A stretch of DNA of 64,000 bases. It comes from an uncultured delta proteobacterium. GTDB lineage: Bacteria; Myxococcota; Myxococcia; Myxococcales; Anaeromyxobacteraceae. Made by a program: the position numbers and the translations under genes. Location of the stretch: the NCBI GenBank assembly GCA_963828255.1, contig CAWHDZ010000015.1, positions 64,001 to 128,000 of the forward strand, read 5' to 3'. The notes below the pieces were generated by a model. It was not told the origin of the DNA, ran no database searches, and worked only from the letters and a program-made list of their open reading frames with translations. Positions 59,644-64,000 of this stretch are shown piece by piece. The first letter of the stretch is position 1; each line of letters starts with the position of its first letter.

Positions 59644-62085
59644 CTAGCGGAAGAGGAAGTTGAGAAGGACGACGAGCAGCGACCCGAAGGCCGCGCCGTA
59701 GAGGTAGGTCTGGATGCGGCCGGTCTGGATCTGGCGGAGCACGCGCCCACCCTCGCGGGTGAGGCCGCCCACGCCGTTGACCGCGCCGTCGACGACGTAC
59801 TTGTCGATGGCGTCGTCGATGGCGGCGAAGACGCGCGCCAGCCAGCCGGCGAAGTTCACCAGCCAGTCGATGACGTGCTGGTCGAACCAGGACAGGAAGG
59901 CGGCCAGGAAGAGCGAGGGGCGGATCACCAGCGCGTGGTAGGCCTCGTCCACGTAGTACTTGTTGTAGACCACCGTCCAGAAGCCGAGGAAGCGGTGCTT
60001 GAGGTCGTGGGGCACCCGGCTCTCGCCGTCCTTGAAGAGCTTCATGGCGAAGAACCAGCCGATGGTGGCCGCGGCGACGCCCATGCCCTGGAAGGCCCAC
60101 TCGGTGGCGTGGCCGAAGTGCAGGAACGTCACCTCGGCGGGCAGCGCCGGAGCCAGCCAGTGCTCCAGGATGGGCGCGTGCCCGGTCCAGAGGAGCGGGA
60201 TGCCCAGGAAGGAGGCGGCGACCGCGCCGAAGGCCAGCGTGGCGAGCACCCAGGTGATGGAGCGGGGGGACTCGTGCGGAGGGCCTCCGTGGTGGCCGTG
60301 GTCGTCGTGCGCCGGGGCCGCGTGGACCGCGTGCGCCGTGGCCGGAGGGGCGTGGCCGTGGGCGGCGTGGTCGTCGTGGCCGTGGGCGGCAGCGGGGGCG
60401 TGGTGGGCCGCGGGAGCGGGGTGCGGCGCCGCGTGGGCCGAGTGCGGGTCCTCGCCGTGCTCCTCGTCGTGACCCGCTCCGCCCCGGTAGTGGCCGGTGA
60501 AGGTCATGTAGTAGCTGCGGAACATGTAGAAGCTGGTCCCGGTGGCGGCCAGGATGCCGATCACGAAGATGGCGGGCCCGAGCCAGGGGGCGGGCGTCCC
60601 GAAGAGTTCCATCCCACGCTGGGTGAAGGCCTTCCAGAGGATCTCGTCCTTGGAGAAGAAGCCGCTGGCCCAGGGGAATCCGGCGATGGCCCAGGTGGCG
60701 ATGAGGTAGGTCCAGGCGGTGACCGGCATGAGCTTCTTCAGCCCGCCCATCTTCCTCATGTCCTGCTCGTGGTGGCAGCCCAGGATCACCGAGCCCGACG
60801 CGAGGAAGAGCGTGGCCTTGAAGAAGGCGTGGGTGAGCAGGTGGTAGGAGCCGGCCCAGTAGGCGCCCACGCCCACCCCGACGAACATGAAGCCGAGCTG
60901 GGAGACGGTGGAGTAGGCCAGCACCTTCTTGATGTCGTACTGGAAGAAGCCGATGGTGGCGGCGAAGAAGGCGGTGAGGATGCCGACGGTGGCCACCCAG
61001 CCCATGGCGGTGGGGGACATCGCGTAGATGTAGGAGAGGCGGGCCACCATGTAGACGCCGGCCGTCACCATGGTGGCGGCGTGGATGAGGGCCGAGACCG
61101 GCGTGGGACCGGCCATGGCGTCGGGCAGCCAGACGTAGAGGGGAAGCTGGGCGCTCTTGCCCATGGCGCCCACGAACATCAGCATGCCCACCAGGGTGAG
61201 CAGCGCCACGCCCCAGAGCTTCTGGTTGCGCAGGTGCTCGCCGACCCCGGTGGCCTCGATGACCACCTGATCGCGCAGCTCGCGGAAGTTGAGGGTGGGG
61301 CCGATCTTGACGGCGTGCCCGTCGACGACCACGGCGCGCGGCCCGGTGGACTCGAAGGGGTTCTGGGCGGCCGGGTCGGCCTTGTAGCCGATCTCCGGCA
61401 CGTAGGTGACCGAGCGGGCATCCGCGCGCGGCTCCCAGATGCCGCCCAGCGACCAGAAGAGCAGGAAGAGGCCGAGGATGAACCCGAAGTCGCCGAAGCG
61501 GTTCACCACGAAGGCCTTCATGCCGGCCTGGGCCTTCTCGATGTCGGTGTACCAGAAGCTGATGAGCAGGTAGGAGGCGAGCCCGACGCCTTCCCAGCCG
61601 AAGAACATCACGGCGAAGTTGTCGCCCATGACGAGCAGCAGCATGGCGAAGACGAAGAGGTTCAGGTAGGCGAAGAACCGCCAGTAGGATGGCTCGTCGG
61701 CCATGTAGCCGACCGAGAAGACGTGGATGAGCGTCCCGATGAAGGTGATGATGAGCACCATCATCATCGAGAGCGGATCGAGGGCGAAGGCCAGGTCGAA
61801 CTGCATCTGCCCGGCGGTGAGCATGTTCCAGAGGGTGTTCTGGAGGAACCGCTCGTTGCCGGGGAGCGCGACCATCTGCGCGAAGGCCCGCAGCGCCGTG
61901 AGGAACGACAGCGTCATCATCCCGATGGCGATGGCGTGGTTCCACCTCTTGCCCAGGTTCCGCTGGATGCGGGTGCCCAGCAGGGAGTTGATGACGGCGC
62001 CGATGGCCGGGAAGAGCGGGATGAGCCAGAGGTAGCCCGCCGCGTGGACCACCGTGGGTCCGAGGTGTTGGGTGGCGTGGTTCAT
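59644..62085 (-). CDS. nuoL: NADH-quinone oxidoreductase subunit L
   Basis: GWEGVG, NRFGD, KSAQLPLYVWLPDAMAGPTPVSALIHAATMV, GFFSKDEI. Confidence 0.95.
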   Translation of the reverse strand: MNHATQHLGPTVVHAAGYLWLIPLFPAIGAVINSLLGTRIQRNLGKRWNHAIAIGMMTLSFLTALRAFAQMVALPGNERFLQNTLWNMLTAGQMQFDLAFALDPLSMMMVLIITFIGTLIHVFSVGYMADEPSYWRFFAYLNLFVFAMLLLVMGDNFAVMFFGWEGVGLASYLLISFWYTDIEKAQAGMKAFVVNRFGDFGFILGLFLLFWSLGGIWEPRADARSVTYVPEIGYKADPAAQNPFESTGPRAVVVDGHAVKIGPTLNFRELRDQVVIEATGVGEHLRNQKLWGVALLTLVGMLMFVGAMGKSAQLPLYVWLPDAMAGPTPVSALIHAATMVTAGVYMVARLSYIYAMSPTAMGWVATVGILTAFFAATIGFFQYDIKKVLAYSTVSQLGFMFVGVGVGAYWAGSYHLLTHAFFKATLFLASGSVILGCHHEQDMRKMGGLKKLMPVTAWTYLIATWAIAGFPWASGFFSKDEILWKAFTQRGMELFGTPAPWLGPAIFVIGILAATGTSFYMFRSYYMTFTGHYRGGAGHDEEHGEDPHSAHAAPHPAPAAHHAPAAAHGHDDHAAHGHAPPATAHAVHAAPAHDDHGHHGGPPHESPRSITWVLATLAFGAVAASFLGIPLLWTGHAPILEHWLAPALPAEVTFLHFGHATEWAFQGMGVAAATIGWFFAMKLFKDGESRVPHDLKHRFLGFWTVVYNKYYVDEAYHALVIRPSLFLAAFLSWFDQHVIDWLVNFAGWLARVFAAIDDAIDKYVVDGAVNGVGGLTREGGRVLRQIQTGRIQTYLYGAAFGSLLVVLLNFLFR

Positions 62086-62086
62086 C

Positions 62087-62395
62087 TCACTCTCGCATCA
62101 GGTCCGCGGCGCGGACGTCGATGGTCTTGAAGGTGTGGAAGATGCTGAGGACGATGGCCAGGCCGACCGCGGCCTCGGCGGCAGCGAGCACGATGATGAA
62201 GAGGGCGAAGGTCTGGCCGGCCAGCCCGCCCACGATGAACTTGTTGAAGGCGACCAGGTTGATGTTGGCGGCGTTCAGCATCAGCTCGACGCCCATCAGG
62301 ACCGCCACCGCGTTGCGCCGGGTGAGGACCGTGAAGAGGCCGAGCGCGAAGAGGATCGCGGCGACCGCCAGGTAGTGGGAGAGGGTCGGGATCAT
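62087..62395 (-). CDS. nuoK: NADH-quinone oxidoreductase subunit K
   Basis: RRN..LMGVELMLNA, AAAEAAVGLA. Confidence 0.95.
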   Translation of the reverse strand: MIPTLSHYLAVAAILFALGLFTVLTRRNAVAVLMGVELMLNAANINLVAFNKFIVGGLAGQTFALFIIVLAAAEAAVGLAIVLSIFHTFKTIDVRAADLMRE

Positions 62396-62407
62396 GGCGG
62401 CTCCGGC

Positions 62408-63037
62408 CTAGTCGGCCCGGATCTCCTTGCGGGCGATGATGATGGCGCCGATCAGGGTTGCCAGCAGGATGAGGGAGGCGAGCTCGAACGGGAGCAGCCA
62501 CTGCTGGAGAAGCGCGTGGCCGATCGGGGCGGTGGTGGGGGCGCCGCCGGTGGCGCGCACCGCCCAGGGGACGTCGAAGGCCACCACGAGGAGGAGCCCG
62601 AGCATCGCCGCGCAGAGGATGGCGGCGCCGGCCCAGCCCATGGTCGAGTTGGAGATGTTCACCTCTCCGATGCGGTTGGTCAGCATGACCGCGAAGAGGA
62701 TGAGGACCAGCACCCCGCCGATGTAGATGAAGACCTGGGCGACGGCGACGAAGTCGGCGGAGAGGAAGACGTAGAGGCCGGCCGCACCGAGCAGCGAGGC
62801 GAGCAGCCCGAGCGCCGAGTAGAGGATGTTCCGCGAGAAGGCCACCGCGGCGGCGCCGGCCACCGTGAGCCCCGCGACGGCGTAGAAGATCCCGTCGGCC
62901 AGCGTGAAGGTCCCGTGCAGCGGGCGGGTGGCGCCGGCCGCCATCGCGGGGGAGAGGAGGGCGGAGAGCACCCCGACGGCGCCGACGACGGCGGCGCTTC
63001 CGAGGGTCCAGGCGACGAGCTTCGTCTTGGTTCGCAT
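62408..63037 (-). CDS. nuoJ: NADH-quinone oxidoreductase subunit J
   Basis: ADFVA..Q..IY.GG..VL.LF.VML, LLPFE.AS..LL. Confidence 0.93.
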   Translation of the reverse strand: MRTKTKLVAWTLGSAAVVGAVGVLSALLSPAMAAGATRPLHGTFTLADGIFYAVAGLTVAGAAAVAFSRNILYSALGLLASLLGAAGLYVFLSADFVAVAQVFIYIGGVLVLILFAVMLTNRIGEVNISNSTMGWAGAAILCAAMLGLLLVVAFDVPWAVRATGGAPTTAPIGHALLQQWLLPFELASLILLATLIGAIIIARKEIRAD

Positions 63038-63050
63038 GCGTTGCTCTCGG

Positions 63051-63761
63051 TCAGGGCTTGGGGGCGTCGGGCTTCGCCGCGGCAGGAGCGGCAGGCGAAG
63101 CAGGAGCGGCAGGAGCGGCAGGAGCCGCGGCAGCCGCAGGCTTGGCGGCCGGGGCCGGCTTGGGCGGCGGCGGGGGCGGCGCCTTCAGGGGCTCGGGCGG
63201 CAGGTAGGTCAGCGCCGGCGCGTCCCAGCGGCGTCGGGCGACGAGGGCCTGGACCAGCGAGCCGAGCGGCGCGCGGGGAATGTACGGCGCCCCCTTGACG
63301 ACCTTGTAGACCGGGAAGGGCTTGATGGGATCGGCCCAGCGGAAGACCAGGTTGCGCACCGAGCGCTGGGTGGCCTCGAACTCGCGGGTGTGCTGGATGG
63401 AGCCGGTCGGGCAGGGCTCGACGCACAGGCCGCAGAACATGCACTTGGCCTCGTCGATGTCGAACTGGGTGACCACCCGCTGCTTGGGGTTCGAGGGGTC
63501 CTTCTCGAGCTCGATGGAGATGCAGCTGATGGGGCAGGCGCGCTCGCAGGCCTGGCAGCCGGTGCAGATGTCGACATCCACCTCGAGGAAGCCGCGGTAG
63601 CGGGCCGGCAGCACGTCCTGGACGGGAAGCTCGAGCCGGTCGGGGTACTGCACGGTGATGGGGCGGCGAAGGACCTGGGAAAGCGTCACCGACATGCCGT
63701 GCCAGAACGACGTCACGGTGTCGCGGATGTTTCCGACGTATTCGCTGGCGGTGGTGAGCAT
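63051..63761 (-). CDS. nuoI: NADH-quinone oxidoreductase subunit I with a Pro/Ala-rich tail
   Basis: TVQYP, RYRG, CTGCQACERACP, CMFCGLCVEPCP. Confidence 0.94.
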   Translation of the reverse strand: MLTTASEYVGNIRDTVTSFWHGMSVTLSQVLRRPITVQYPDRLELPVQDVLPARYRGFLEVDVDICTGCQACERACPISCISIELEKDPSNPKQRVVTQFDIDEAKCMFCGLCVEPCPTGSIQHTREFEATQRSVRNLVFRWADPIKPFPVYKVVKGAPYIPRAPLGSLVQALVARRRWDAPALTYLPPEPLKAPPPPPPKPAPAAKPAAAAAPAAPAAPASPAAPAAAKPDAPKP

Positions 63762-63773
63762 GGGCGGCGGTTC

Positions 63774-64000
63774 CTACCAGTTCGAGAGGTCGACGCGCTC
63801 GTGCGCGATGAGGGAGACGTTCTTCCGGGTCTGCACGAGGAAGCGCCAGGTCACCCAGAGCGTGGCCGCCAGGACGGCGAGCGCGGTGATGCGCTCGACC
63901 ACCGGGGCCCAGGTCGCGACCATCTGCCAGAGCAGCGTGAAGAGCATGGCCGCGAAGCCGGCCGGGACCAGGTACTTCCAGCAGAGCGTCATCATCTGAT
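63774..64000 (-). CDS. nuoH: NADH-quinone oxidoreductase subunit H, C-terminal part (5' end outside window)
   Basis: QMMTLCWKYLVP motif; position directly upstream of nuoI. Confidence 0.85.
   Translation of the reverse strand, partial: QMMTLCWKYLVPAGFAAMLFTLLWQMVATWAPVVERITALAVLAATLWVTWRFLVQTRKNVSLIAHERVDLSNW

Noticed and set aside
55502..62130. 2147-aa and 1378-aa giant ORFs
   Set aside because: Off-frame or antisense shadows of nuoL, nuoM and nuoN.
63060..63180. GCAGGAGCG 9-bp repeats
   Set aside because: They encode the low-complexity Pro/Ala tail of NuoI.

Overview
Very GC-rich bacterial DNA. Gene content (nrfHA, narGHJI, multiheme cytochromes, myxobacterial-type CPBP protease/DnaK/nuo block) suggests an Anaeromyxobacter-like member of Myxococcota; this is an inference. 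Bases 1-39 kb look accessory. (i) Most striking: a tightly coupled minus-strand biosynthetic operon running off the left edge: DUF2092-like, Pro-rich small protein, sbnA, sbnB, Sfp-type PPTase, StrB1-like amidinotransferase, and a membrane-bound Pls/PosA-type (epsilon-poly-lysine-synthetase-like) A-T-TM-LbH NRPS that the ORF track missed. It predicts a diaminopropionate-based, possibly guanidinylated cationic poly(amino acid). (ii) A 1.6 kb stretch of transposase, TPR, AbiE and HigBA remnants. (iii) A divergent arsenic-resistance/thiol-redox cluster with an orphan modA. (iv) A ~14 kb nitrate-to-ammonium run: octaheme HAO-like, hemerythrin, cytochrome c, narGHJI, two narK, PAS fusion, nrfH, CxxCH-type nrfA, with a divergent Rrf2 regulator. 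(v) A histidine kinase, a Cys/Met PLP enzyme, a GuaB/GuaC-family enzyme and an RND pump. Bases 39-64 kb are mostly core genes: TMTC-like protein, GT4, aceEF, gltX, MEMO-like, CPBP protease, dGTPase, lid-less Hsp70 plus J protein, CvpA, deoxyhypusine-synthase family, Rrf2, PHP, nuoH-N. One 470 bp intergenic region folds into two very long hairpins. Two single-base homopolymer frameshifts (narK, RND) are probably assembly errors. No rRNA, tRNA or CRISPR array was seen. All family assignments come from motif recognition by eye, not database searches.
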